Below are positions 9,491 to 18,958 of a stretch of 42,387 bases of DNA, in pieces; the first letter of the stretch is position 1; each line of letters begins with the position of its first letter. The stretch is from NCBI GenBank assembly GCA_964236935.1, contig CAXSHP010000003.1:1-42387 (forward strand), written 5' to 3'. Position numbers and translations under genes: made by a program. Origin of the DNA: an uncultured Sphingomonadaceae bacterium. Its GTDB lineage: Bacteria > Pseudomonadota > Alphaproteobacteria > Sphingomonadales > Sphingomonadaceae. The notes below the pieces were generated by a model. That model saw nothing but the letters and a program-made list of their open reading frames with translations. It did not search any database and was not told the origin of the DNA.

Positions 9491-9991
9491 ATGAGCTTCA
9501 CCCGGCGCGAATTGATCGTCAGCGGCGGCACCGTGATCGCGTTCGCCGCGCTGCTCGGCTCGCGCATGTTCGCCAGCCCCGCGCGCGCGAACGAGCGCTT
9601 CCCGGTGATGCACAGCGACGCCGAATGGAAGCAGCTGCTCGGCCCGGCGAGCTATGCGGTGCTGCGCCACGAGGCGACCGAGCAGCCGGGGAGCAGCCCC
9701 TTGCTCAACGAGCATCGCGCGGGCACATTCGTCTGCGCCGGCGACGGCCAGCCGCTGTTCTCGTCGAAGACCAAGTTCGACAGCGGCACCGGCTGGCCGA
9801 GCTTCTGGCGGCCGCTGCCGCAGGGCGTGGCGACGCGCAACGATTCGACGCTCGGCATGGCGCGCACCGAGGTCCACTGCACACGCTGCGGCGGGCATCT
9901 CGGCCATGTGTTCGACGACGGCCCGCAGCCGACGGGGTTGCGCTACTGCATGAACGGGGCGGCGATGAAGTTCGTCGCGGGCAAAGCCTAA
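9491..9991 (+). CDS. msrB: Peptide methionine (R)-sulfoxide reductase MsrB with Tat signal
   Basis: KFDSGTGWPSF, HLGHVFDDGP and RYCMN motifs; N-terminal TRRELI followed by a hydrophobic stretch and ARA. Confidence 0.95.
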   Translation: MSFTRRELIVSGGTVIAFAALLGSRMFASPARANERFPVMHSDAEWKQLLGPASYAVLRHEATEQPGSSPLLNEHRAGTFVCAGDGQPLFSSKTKFDSGTGWPSFWRPLPQGVATRNDSTLGMARTEVHCTRCGGHLGHVFDDGPQPTGLRYCMNGAAMKFVAGKA

Positions 9992-10026
9992 GCCGGGATT
10001 AATCATTCGGCGCTAGCGTCGCCGCC

Positions 10027-11568
10027 ATGTACCAGCGGCATGGCGATCTGGCGCGCGAAGCGATCTTCGAGAGCCCGGAGCCGGGCCTGCTCGGCCGGCG
10101 GATCGCGTCGGGCCGGCTGATCGCCGGCATCATGCTCTATCTCGGGATCGAGACGCTGCTGCTGTGGCGGTTCGTCGGTTTAGCGCCGTGGTGGCTTTAT
10201 CCCGCCGGCGTCGGCCTGCTCGCGACCAGCCTCGTCATGGTCGTGCGGGCGACGGCCGCGCCGGGGCCGAGCGTCCGCTGCCTGCTGATCTGCCTCGCGG
10301 TTGCCGCCGTCCTGCTGCTGCTTGGCGGCGAGGGACGGCTGTTCTACGCGAATATCGACTGGCAGACGCGCGACGCCGTGCTGCGCGATATGGCGATCCA
10401 TCAGTGGCCGTTCGCTTATACCGCGCGTGGTGTGCCCGAGCTGCTGCGCGCCCCGATCGGCATGTATCTCGTGCCCGCGCTCGCGGCCAAGGCGTTCGGT
10501 CCGGCGGCGAGCGACTGGGCGCTGCTTGTCCAGAACAGCCTGATCCTCGGGACGCTGCTCGCGCTCGCGGCGACCTTGTTCGCCGGCGTCCGGGCGAAGG
10601 CGATCGCGCTGGCGCTGTTCGTCGGCTTCAGCGGGATGGACGCGATCGGCCAGGCGATCACCGGGCGGATGACCGGGCGGCCGCACGTCGACCATCTCGA
10701 ATGGTGGTCGGGCCTGCAATATTCGTCGCACGTCACCGATATGTTCTGGGCGCCGCAGCACGCGCTGGCGGGGTGGATCGGGGCGCTGTGCTATCTGCTG
10801 TGGCGCGCCGGGAGACTGCCGGCGGGGGGGCTGCTCGCGATGGTTCCGCTGACCGCGTTGTGGTCGCCGCTGGGGATGATCGGGGTGCTGCCGTTCGTCG
10901 CGATCGACCTGCTGCGGCGCCGCCGCACGATCGCGATCGGCGATCTGGGCTTGCCGCTGCTGACCGGGGTGCTGAGTATTCCGGCGCTGCTCTATCTCAC
11001 GGCCGCGAGCGGCTCGGTCGGCGGACGTTTCTATCCGATCGCGCCGCTGCGCTATGCGCTGTTCGAGCTGATCGAGGTCGTGCCGCTGGTCGCGGCGGGA
11101 TGTGCGCTCGGCTGGCGCACGCGCTTCGGCGGGTCGGCGCTGCTGATCGTGGCGGCGTGCCTGGCGCTGCTGCCGTTCTGGCAGATGGGCGAGTCGTTCG
11201 ATTTCATGATGCGCGCCTCGATCGCGCCTTTCGCGATCCTCGCGGCGCTGCTGGCCGACGTGCTGATCGCGCGGCCGCGGCGCGGCGAGGGCTGGTGGCG
11301 CGGCGGGCTGATCGCCTGCCTCGCGATCGGCGGCATCACCGGGCTGCACGAGATCCGGCGCGCGTTCCTGTTCCCGGCGTCGCCGCGCGTGCAGTGCAGC
11401 TTCTTCGGCGCGTGGGACCGCAGCTTCGCGCGTTATGGCAAATCGACGTACCTCGCGCCGCTGGGCGAGGTGCCGGCGGCAATCCGCCCCGATCGGGTCG
11501 AGCTCGTTCCCCCCGGCGATCCCGCCAAGTGCTGGGCGGGGGACTGGCCGAAGCCGTCGGGGGTTTGA
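10027..11568 (+). CDS. Polytopic membrane protein of unknown function (possibly GT-C-like)
   Basis: 513 aa with roughly a dozen hydrophobic segments; loop NIDWQTRD; WAPQH and DFMMR motifs. Confidence 0.7.
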   Translation: MYQRHGDLAREAIFESPEPGLLGRRIASGRLIAGIMLYLGIETLLLWRFVGLAPWWLYPAGVGLLATSLVMVVRATAAPGPSVRCLLICLAVAAVLLLLGGEGRLFYANIDWQTRDAVLRDMAIHQWPFAYTARGVPELLRAPIGMYLVPALAAKAFGPAASDWALLVQNSLILGTLLALAATLFAGVRAKAIALALFVGFSGMDAIGQAITGRMTGRPHVDHLEWWSGLQYSSHVTDMFWAPQHALAGWIGALCYLLWRAGRLPAGGLLAMVPLTALWSPLGMIGVLPFVAIDLLRRRRTIAIGDLGLPLLTGVLSIPALLYLTAASGSVGGRFYPIAPLRYALFELIEVVPLVAAGCALGWRTRFGGSALLIVAACLALLPFWQMGESFDFMMRASIAPFAILAALLADVLIARPRRGEGWWRGGLIACLAIGGITGLHEIRRAFLFPASPRVQCSFFGAWDRSFARYGKSTYLAPLGEVPAAIRPDRVELVPPGDPAKCWAGDWPKPSGV

Positions 11569-11589
11569 AAGTCGGTCCCCGGGCCTATG

Positions 11590-11684
11590 CCGTCACCCCG
11601 GCGAAAGCCGGGGTCCATGGACGACGTCCGCTCTCAACTCCGGCCGCCCCGTATCCGTGGGTCCCGGCTTTCGCCAGGATGACG
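11590..11684. repeat. CGTC-type REP doublet, copy 2
   Basis: Colinear with 4316-4411 including the spacer; between convergent genes. Confidence 0.88.
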
Positions 11685-11695
11685 AAGATGCAACG

Positions 11696-12496
11696 TCAGT
11701 GGACGAAGCGCGCGACGACCTCGCGGTAGCTGCGGCTGACCTTCACCTGCGCCCCCGAATCGAGCACGAGAAAGCATTCGCCGTTGGTGTGCGGCTTGAC
11801 CTGCTTGACCAGATCGAGGTTGACGATGGTCGAGCGGTGGACGCGCTGGAAGCGGCGCGGATCGAGGCGCTTCTCGAGATCCTTCATCGTCTCGCGCAGG
11901 ATCAGCGTGTTGTCGCCGGTGTAGATGCACATGTAATCGCCCGCCGCGTCGATCTTCTCGATCGTGTCGACGTCGACGCGGAAGATCTGGCCGCGGTCCT
12001 TGATGTTGATGAGCTTCTCGAAGCGGTTGGCGGCGGGGCCTTCCTCCTCGGCGGCGCCGACGTCGTCATGCTCGGGCGCGACCTCGGCGAGCACCTCCTT
12101 GAGGCGGCCGACCTCCTCGACCCCGCGCTTCTCGGCGAGGCGCTGACGCACGCGATCGAGCGTGTCGGCGAGGCGGCTCTCGTCGACCGGCTTCATCAGA
12201 TAATCGACCGCATCGGCCTCGAACGCGCGCAGCGCATGGTCGGAATAGGCCGTGACGAACACGAACAGCGGCGGCTCGACCTCCATCAGCCCCTGGACGA
12301 CCGAGAAGCCGTCGAACCCCGGCATCTGGATGTCGAGGAAGACGAGATCGGGCTTGTCGGTCTTGATCGCGCGGATCGCCTCGCGGCCGTTGAGGCAGGT
12401 AGCGATGATCTCGACGTCGTCGTGCGGCTCGAGGCGGAGCTGGAGCCCCTGGATGGCGAGCGATTCGTCGTCGACCAGGATCGTGCGGATGGTCAT
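11696..12496 (-). CDS. LytTR-family response regulator
   Basis: Receiver motifs VDDE, FLDIQMP and DYLMKP; LytTR motif FQRVHRSTIVN; starts MTIRTIL, overlapping the kinase stop. Confidence 0.95.
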   Translation of the reverse strand: MTIRTILVDDESLAIQGLQLRLEPHDDVEIIATCLNGREAIRAIKTDKPDLVFLDIQMPGFDGFSVVQGLMEVEPPLFVFVTAYSDHALRAFEADAVDYLMKPVDESRLADTLDRVRQRLAEKRGVEEVGRLKEVLAEVAPEHDDVGAAEEEGPAANRFEKLINIKDRGQIFRVDVDTIEKIDAAGDYMCIYTGDNTLILRETMKDLEKRLDPRRFQRVHRSTIVNLDLVKQVKPHTNGECFLVLDSGAQVKVSRSYREVVARFVH

Positions 12497-13590
12497 GCGG
12501 CCTCCTTGGGCTGCTGCTCGATACGGAAGGGAATCTCGATGATCACGCCGAAGCCGCCGGTGGCGGTCGGCTGGATCTCGAAGCGATGGCCGGGCCCGTA
12601 AGCCTGGGCGAGACGATCGCGGATGTTGGCGAGGCCGACACCGGTCGAATAGGTGGACGCGGGCGGCGAATCGTTCAAGCCCGGCCCGGTGTCGGATACG
12701 GTGATCTGCACGCGATCTCCGGCGAGCCGCGCGGCGACGGTGATTTCGGCCCCCTCTTCCTTCGGCGTCACCGCATATTTGATCGCATTCTCGACCAAGG
12801 GCTGGAGCAGCAGCGAGGGCAGGAAGGCGCGCGAAGCGGCCGGATCGATGTCGAATTCGGTGCGCAGCCGCTCCTCGAAGCGCATCTTCTCGATCTCGAG
12901 ATAGAGCTTGAGCGTCTCGACCTCCTGCTCGAGCGTCACCTCGCCCGCCGGCTCGTTGATCAAGGTGTAGCGCAGGAACGACGAGAGCCGCGACAGCATG
13001 ATATTGGCGCGATCGGTCTGCTTCAAGAGCACCAGCGTCGAGATCGAGTTGAGCGTGTTGAACAGGAAATGCGGATTGAGCTGGTAGCGCAGCATCGCCA
13101 GCTGCGCGGTCGACGCCTGGATCTCGAGCTGCTGGAACTGATCGTTGCGCTCCTCGAGCTGGAGGAAGAAGTTGATCGCGTAATAGAGTGCCGACCAGGC
13201 CGACAGCACGGCGAAATCGAGCAGGATCGCGCCGAGGAACTCGACCCCCTCGGGGCGCGAGCCGGGGCGGTAGAAGGTCGCGTGCGCCCACACCTCGATC
13301 GTCGAGAAGACCGCCGCCGCGGCGACGAGGATGAGGATCGAGACGCTCCAGGTGACCGCCGGCTTCTGGCGGATCAGGCGGCGGAAGGCGGGGGCCATCA
13401 GCAATGTCAGCGAATAACCGGTCGCGGTGGTCAAGGCGGTCGGGACGATGAACAGCAGCCCCATCGCATTGGCGATCCCGCCGAGCGAGCGCAGCAGGAA
13501 ATAGCCGGCCCAGCCGAGTGACTGGAGCGTCCAGAAAGCGCGATTCTTGTCGTGGAAGAAAGGCCGCGGCTGCAGCGGAGCGAACACCAT
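12493..13590 (-). CDS. LytS/YehU-type sensor histidine kinase
   Basis: QLNPHFLFNTLN, LQPLVENAIK, DTGPG and GVGLANIRDRL motifs; N-terminal TM segments. Confidence 0.94.
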   Translation of the reverse strand: MVFAPLQPRPFFHDKNRAFWTLQSLGWAGYFLLRSLGGIANAMGLLFIVPTALTTATGYSLTLLMAPAFRRLIRQKPAVTWSVSILILVAAAAVFSTIEVWAHATFYRPGSRPEGVEFLGAILLDFAVLSAWSALYYAINFFLQLEERNDQFQQLEIQASTAQLAMLRYQLNPHFLFNTLNSISTLVLLKQTDRANIMLSRLSSFLRYTLINEPAGEVTLEQEVETLKLYLEIEKMRFEERLRTEFDIDPAASRAFLPSLLLQPLVENAIKYAVTPKEEGAEITVAARLAGDRVQITVSDTGPGLNDSPPASTYSTGVGLANIRDRLAQAYGPGHRFEIQPTATGGFGVIIEIPFRIEQQPKEAA

Positions 13591-13658
13591 CCGCCAAGCT
13601 CTAGAGGATTTCGCGGGCGGGATGAAGGGTTTGGGGTGGAAGAGGCATCTCGTCACGG

Positions 13659-13808
13659 CCGTTCGTCCTGAGTAGCCATTGAGCCTGTCGAAATGGCGTA
13701 TCGAAGGAAGCGCCGGCGCAGGTCCTTCGATACGGGCCCCTTCGACGCCGCCTGCGGTGTCGCTCAGGACAGGCTTCGACAGGCTCAGTCCCTACTCAGG
13801 ACGAACGG
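13659..13808. repeat. Nested composite REP element with 17-bp perfect terminal inverted repeats
   Basis: ccgttcgtcctgagtag (13659-13675) and ctactcaggacgaacgg (13792-13808), with internal TGAG...TCGAA units. Confidence 0.88.
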
Positions 13809-14645
13809 TTATGGCTTTCGTTCGAACAGGAACAGGCCGTAGCGCATCGCGCCGGTGGCGTAAGCGAGGCGCAGGCGCGGCAGGCTGAGCGCGAACACGC
13901 GGTGGTTCGCGCGCGCATCGAGCAGGAACGCGCGATAGCGGCGGTCGGTGGCGATCCGGCGCGCGACGCGGGCGAGGATGATCGTCCAGGTCCGCGCGAC
14001 CGCGGCGCTCAGATCGTCGCACCGCGCGAAGCGGAAGCCCGCGGCCTCGGCCAGCGCGCGATAATCGCTCTCGCTGCCCATCGACGGCATCCGCCCCTCG
14101 CGGCAGATCGGCTCGAGCAGGTGGCGCGTCTCCCACCGCCCCGGCGCGGCGCGCGTCAGCCACGCCGCGACCGCGAGGCGGCCGCCGGGGCGGAGCGTGC
14201 GATAAGCCTCGGCGAAGAAGCGCTGCTTGTCGGCGATATGCTCGCTGCTCTCGATCGCGTAAGCGCCGTCGAACGCGGCGTCGGGGAAGCCGTTGGCGAG
14301 CCAGTCGGCGACGCGGATCGTCACGCCCGCGGCCGGCGGCGCGGCTTCGGCCTGGCGGGCGGAGAGGGTGACGCCGGTCACCTCGGCGCCGCGCGTCGCG
14401 GCGAAATGGCGCGCGGTGCCGCCATAGCCGCAGCCGATGTCGACCAGCGCATCGCCGGCCGCGATGCCGAGGCGATCGCCGACGAGATCGCTCAGCGCAA
14501 GCGTCGCCGCGGCGACGGTCTCGCGGCCGGTGCGGAACAGGCCATGGTGGACATGCTCGCCCCAGATCTCGCGATAGAAAGGGTCGAGCTCGTCGTAATG
14601 GCCGGCGACCGCGGCCGCGGTCTGGGGATCGCGCGCGAAGATCAT
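13809..14645 (-). CDS. Class I SAM methyltransferase, tocopherol/sterol methyltransferase-like
   Basis: HYD..WGEHVHHG, VDIGCGYGG, GVTLSARQ and ESSEHIADK motifs. Confidence 0.85.
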   Translation of the reverse strand: MIFARDPQTAAAVAGHYDELDPFYREIWGEHVHHGLFRTGRETVAAATLALSDLVGDRLGIAAGDALVDIGCGYGGTARHFAATRGAEVTGVTLSARQAEAAPPAAGVTIRVADWLANGFPDAAFDGAYAIESSEHIADKQRFFAEAYRTLRPGGRLAVAAWLTRAAPGRWETRHLLEPICREGRMPSMGSESDYRALAEAAGFRFARCDDLSAAVARTWTIILARVARRIATDRRYRAFLLDARANHRVFALSLPRLRLAYATGAMRYGLFLFERKP

Positions 14646-14674
14646 CGCGGGGCGGCCAGGGCGCGCGGCGGCAC

Positions 14675-14785
14675 TCAGTCGGGCCGGATCACGCCCTTGG
14701 TCGAGGGGTTCGCCGCGATCGTCTTCTTGACCTCCTTCTTCGGCTTGCGCGTTTCCTTGCTGCTCTTCATCTGACCCTTGGCCAT
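14675..14785 (-). CDS. 36-aa Lys-rich small protein (not in ORF track)
   Basis: Manual translation [43 protein letters not shown] lies upstream and nearly all codons end in G or C. Confidence 0.75.
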   Translation of the reverse strand: MAKGQMKSSKETRKPKKEVKKTIAANPSTKGVIRPD

Positions 14786-14922
14786 GTCCTGCTCCTCTGG
14801 TGACGGCGTGCCCGACGATAGCGCGCCGCGCGAAACCGGCAAGGGCCGTGGCGCCGCAGGAGCTAGACTCCGGCAGCCATTCGCGCCATCGGCGAGCAGA
14901 GCCGGATGAGACGGAGCGGGCG

Positions 14923-16149
14923 GTGGAGAATTATGATGTCCTGATCGTCGGGGGCGGGCATGGCGGCGCCCATGCGGCGATGACGCTGCGGCAGAACGGG
15001 TTCGACGGGACGATCGCGATCATGGGCGACGAGCCCGAGCTGCCGTACGATCGGCCGCCGCTGTCGAAGGACTATCTGTCGGGCGACAAGACGTTCGAGC
15101 GGCTGGTGTTCCGGCCGGCCGAGGCGTGGGCAGCGCGCGGCGTGACGATGCTGCTGGGCCAGCGGGCGAGCGCGGTCGATCCGGCCGCGTACCGGGTGAC
15201 GACGGCGGACGGCGCCGTCACGGGCTACGGCCGGCTGATCTGGGCGACCGGCGGCAGTCCGCGGCGCTTGAGCTGCGGCGGCGCGGATCTGACCGGGGTG
15301 CATGCGGTGCGCAGCCGCGCGGACGTCGACCGGATGATGGCGGAGCTGGCCGAGGTGCGCGAGGTCGTGGTGATCGGCGGCGGCTATATCGGGCTCGAGG
15401 CGGCGGCGGTGCTGACCAAGCTGGGCAAGCACGTGACCGTGCTCGAGGCGCTCGATCGGGTGCTCGCGCGCGTCGCGGGGGAGCCGCTGTCGCGCTTCTA
15501 CGAGGCCGAGCATCGCGCGCACGGCGTCGACGTCCGGCTCGGCGTGAGCGTCGACAGCATCGTCGGCGACGGCGATCGCGCCACGGGCGTGCGCCTGGCC
15601 GACGGCACCGTACTGCCGGCGCAGATGGTGATCGTCGGGATCGGCATCATCCCCGCGGTGCAGCCTTTGCTCGACGCGGGCGCGGAGGGCGGCAACGGCG
15701 TGCGCGTCGACGCGCAGTGCCGCACCAGCCTGCCCGACATCTTCGCGGTCGGGGACTGCGCCGAGCACGCCAACCACTTCGCCGGCGGCGACTTGATCCG
15801 GCTCGAATCGGTGCAGAACGCCAACGACCAGGCGACGGTCGCGGCCAAGACGATCGTCGGCACCGGCGAGCCCTATCACGCGGTGCCCTGGTTCTGGTCG
15901 AACCAATATGACCTCAAGCTCCAGACGGTCGGGCTGTCACGCGGCTACGACGAACTGATCGTGCGCGGCGATCCGGCCAACCGCAGCTTCTCGCTCGTCT
16001 ATCTGCGCCAGGGGGCGGTGATCGCGCTCGATTGCGTCAACGCGGTGCGCGATTATGCGCAGGGCAAGGCGCTGGTCGTCCAGGCGTTGCACGCAGATCG
16101 GGCGCAGCTGGCCGATGTCGGCGTGCCGCTCAAATCGCTGCTCGTCTGA
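14923..16149 (+). CDS. FAD-dependent NAD(P)H:ferredoxin reductase (putidaredoxin reductase-like)
   Basis: [44 protein letters not shown] and PWFWSNQY motifs. Confidence 0.93.
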   Translation: MENYDVLIVGGGHGGAHAAMTLRQNGFDGTIAIMGDEPELPYDRPPLSKDYLSGDKTFERLVFRPAEAWAARGVTMLLGQRASAVDPAAYRVTTADGAVTGYGRLIWATGGSPRRLSCGGADLTGVHAVRSRADVDRMMAELAEVREVVVIGGGYIGLEAAAVLTKLGKHVTVLEALDRVLARVAGEPLSRFYEAEHRAHGVDVRLGVSVDSIVGDGDRATGVRLADGTVLPAQMVIVGIGIIPAVQPLLDAGAEGGNGVRVDAQCRTSLPDIFAVGDCAEHANHFAGGDLIRLESVQNANDQATVAAKTIVGTGEPYHAVPWFWSNQYDLKLQTVGLSRGYDELIVRGDPANRSFSLVYLRQGAVIALDCVNAVRDYAQGKALVVQALHADRAQLADVGVPLKSLLV

Positions 16150-16197
16150 TGCCGCGGCCAGATTGTCTTCACGATTGCGCGTTATGAGCCCGAGTCG

Positions 16198-17478
16198 ATG
16201 GCGACGGGACAAGAGATGACGGACGGGCCGATCGTGGTGGTCGGGCTGGGCTATGTCGGCCTGCCGCTGGCGGTGGCGCTCGCGCGGCATTTCCCGACGA
16301 TCGGCGTCGATACCGACCGGGGTCGGATCGAGGAGCTCGGCCGCGGCCACGATCGCACGCGCGAGGTGTCCGTGGACGCGCTGGGCGCCTCTTCGCTCGA
16401 ACTGACCGGCGACATCGCGCGGGCGCGCGGCGCGGCGATGATCATCGTCACCGTGCCGACCCCGGTCGACGCGACCAACCAGCCCGATCTGAGCCCCGTG
16501 CTCGGCGCGACGCGCGCGCTCGCCGGGGTGCTCGGCGCCGGGGACGGCACGATCATTGTCTACGAGAGCACGGTCTATCCCGGCGTCACCGAGGAGCTGT
16601 GCGGCCCCGAGATCGAGCGGGTCAGCGGGCTCCGGCGCGGCACCGATTTCTTCCTGGGCTACAGCCCCGAGCGGATCAATCCGGGCGACCGCGAGCATAC
16701 GGTCGACAAGATCGTCAAGGTGATCGCGGGCGAGAATCCCGCCGTGGTCGAGCGGCTCGCCCAAGTCTATGGCAAGGTCACCAGCGGGGGCACGTTCCGC
16801 GCGCGCTCGATCAAGGCGGCCGAGGCGGCCAAGGTGATCGAGAACGCTCAGCGCGACATCAACATCGCCTTCATGAACGAGATCACCCAGATCTTTTCCA
16901 GGCTCGATCTGTCGGTCTACGACGTGCTCGAGGCGGCGGGGACCAAGTGGAACTTCCTCAAGTTCCAACCCGGTCTGGTCGGTGGGCACTGCATCGGGGT
17001 CGATCCTTATTATCTCAGCCATCTGGCGGTGCGCGTCGGGCAATTCCCGCGCGTCGTGCTCGCCGGGCGCGCGATCAACGACGGGATGGGCGCGTGGATC
17101 GCCGATCGCGTCCACGAACAGCTCGCCGGGCCGTCGCGCGTGCTCGTGCTCGGGCTGACGTTCAAGGAGAACGTGCCCGACATCCGCAACTCGCGTGTGG
17201 TCGACGTGATCCGCCGGCTCGAATGGCTCGGCCATGCGGTAATCGTCCACGATCCGCTGGCGGACGCGCACGAGGCCCAGCATGAATATGGCGTGCCGCT
17301 CGATCCCGCGGCGCTCGGCGGGCGCTACGACGCGGTCGTGGCGGCGGTGCCGCACGACGAATATCGTGCGCTGAGCGCGGAACGGCTGGCTGCGCTGGTC
17401 GGGCCGGACGGGCTGGTCGCCGACCTCAAGGGCATCTGGCGTGGTGTGGCGATCGAGAAGCGATACTGGTCGCTTTAA
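16198..17478 (+). CDS. Nucleotide-sugar dehydrogenase (TviB/WbpO-like UDP-HexNAc C6 dehydrogenase)
   Basis: GLGYVG, YESTVYPG, SPERINPG, KVIENAQRD, catalytic GGHCIGVDPYYL and GLTFKEN motifs. Confidence 0.92.
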   Translation: MATGQEMTDGPIVVVGLGYVGLPLAVALARHFPTIGVDTDRGRIEELGRGHDRTREVSVDALGASSLELTGDIARARGAAMIIVTVPTPVDATNQPDLSPVLGATRALAGVLGAGDGTIIVYESTVYPGVTEELCGPEIERVSGLRRGTDFFLGYSPERINPGDREHTVDKIVKVIAGENPAVVERLAQVYGKVTSGGTFRARSIKAAEAAKVIENAQRDINIAFMNEITQIFSRLDLSVYDVLEAAGTKWNFLKFQPGLVGGHCIGVDPYYLSHLAVRVGQFPRVVLAGRAINDGMGAWIADRVHEQLAGPSRVLVLGLTFKENVPDIRNSRVVDVIRRLEWLGHAVIVHDPLADAHEAQHEYGVPLDPAALGGRYDAVVAAVPHDEYRALSAERLAALVGPDGLVADLKGIWRGVAIEKRYWSL

Positions 17479-17483
17479 CCCGT

Positions 17484-17577
17484 CGTCATTCCGGCGAAGG
17501 TCGGAATCCGTGGACGGCGTCCGCTCACAGTTCCAGCTGCGCCGTATCCATGGATCCCGGCTTTCGCCGGGATGCCG
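17484..17577. repeat. CGTC-type REP doublet, copy 3
   Basis: Colinear with copies 1 and 2; between convergent genes. Confidence 0.85.
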
Positions 17578-17586
17578 GAGTGATCG

Positions 17587-18879
17587 TCACTTGGCGCCGA
17601 AACCGGTCAGCATCGTTCGGATCGTCCGCACCAGGATCAGCAGGTCGAGCGAGGGCGAGAAATATTTGATGTAGTAGAAATCGAAATGGAGCTTGCCGAG
17701 CACCTCCTCGACATCGTGGACATGGCCCTGGTTGACCTGCGCCCAGCCCGAGATGCCGGGGCGCACGATATGGCGATAGCGGTAGAACGGCAGCTCGCTC
17801 TCGTACCAGCGCGCCAGCGGCAGCGCCTCGGGGCGCGGCCCGATCCAGCTCATCTCGCCGCGCAGGACGTTGTAGATCTGCGGCAGCTCGTCGAGGCGGA
17901 ACTTGCGCAGGGTGGCGCCGAGCCGGGTGATCCGCCCGTCGTTGACGCGGGTGATCGCGCGCTCGATGTCGTCGTTCGCAAGGGCCGGCTCGGTTTCATG
18001 GCGCATCGTGCGGAACTTGACGACGGTGAACGCCCTGCCGCGATAGCCGGTCCGCATCTGGCGAAAAAAGGCGGGTCCGGGCGAATCGAGCCGCACCGCA
18101 AGCGCGATCAGCGCGACGACCGGGAGGATCGCGACGCCCACCACCGCCGCCGCGGCGATGTCGCCGATCTGCTTGATCCGCAGCCAGGCGAGGCCGGGGA
18201 TCAACGACCCGAAATTATTCTCGGACAGATGCTCGATCTGGACCGCGCCGGTCAGCGATTCCTCGATATATTTGCAATGGTAGACGGGCACGCCGGAGAG
18301 CGCGCAGTCGGCGAGGAAGCGTTCCCACGATTCGGGCATGTCGGCGCGCAGATCGGCCACGACGCCGTCGAAGCGCGTCCGCCGGCTGAGTTGCTCCGGA
18401 TCGACCTTGCGCCAGTCGATCTGCGGGATCGCGGCGAGCGCCGGCGCCTGGCCGGCGGGCAGGATCGCGAAGACCGGCAGGCGCGCGCGGCGCATCACCA
18501 TGATGATGCCGAAATACCACAGGATCGCCGCGATGAAGCTCGCGGTGAACTGGAAGCGGCTATAGTCGAGCCGCGCGAGGAAGAAGATCGCCAGCACCAG
18601 CCCGTAGGAGCTCATGAACGACGGCGCGACGTAGAAGCCCGATTGCACGCCAGGGAAATTCATGAACGACTGGAACAGATAGGCGCCGAGCAGGAAGGCG
18701 AAGCCGGTGCCGAGCAGCGCATATTGCTGGCTGAGGCCGAAGGTCTCCGGCCCGTACAGCAGGTTGCGCAGCAGCCACGGGATCGCCACCGCGACCAGCA
18801 GGCCGAGCAGCAGCTGCGCGCCGACGGGCGTGCGGCGCGCGATCGCGAGGCGCGAAGTCTGACGCCGGACCGGGCTCAT
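17587..18879 (-). CDS. Priming polyprenyl-phosphate sugar-1-phosphate transferase (WcaJ/WbaP-type)
   Basis: N-terminal TMs; KFRTM, RITRLG, RLDELPQ, GEMSWIGPRPE and RPGISGWAQV motifs. Confidence 0.93.
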   Translation of the reverse strand: MSPVRRQTSRLAIARRTPVGAQLLLGLLVAVAIPWLLRNLLYGPETFGLSQQYALLGTGFAFLLGAYLFQSFMNFPGVQSGFYVAPSFMSSYGLVLAIFFLARLDYSRFQFTASFIAAILWYFGIIMVMRRARLPVFAILPAGQAPALAAIPQIDWRKVDPEQLSRRTRFDGVVADLRADMPESWERFLADCALSGVPVYHCKYIEESLTGAVQIEHLSENNFGSLIPGLAWLRIKQIGDIAAAAVVGVAILPVVALIALAVRLDSPGPAFFRQMRTGYRGRAFTVVKFRTMRHETEPALANDDIERAITRVNDGRITRLGATLRKFRLDELPQIYNVLRGEMSWIGPRPEALPLARWYESELPFYRYRHIVRPGISGWAQVNQGHVHDVEEVLGKLHFDFYYIKYFSPSLDLLILVRTIRTMLTGFGAK

Positions 18880-18958
18880 CGGCAAATGACCTGACTGCGC
18901 CGGCTAGAGCGACGGACCAACGCGCGGATCGCGGCGGACAGCGCGCCGGCGCAAGGCG

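Noticed and set aside
11696-13597. 633-aa ORF that looks like a long hybrid regulator
   Set aside because: Only the last 266 aa are the response regulator. The upstream part is an off-frame shadow of the kinase gene.
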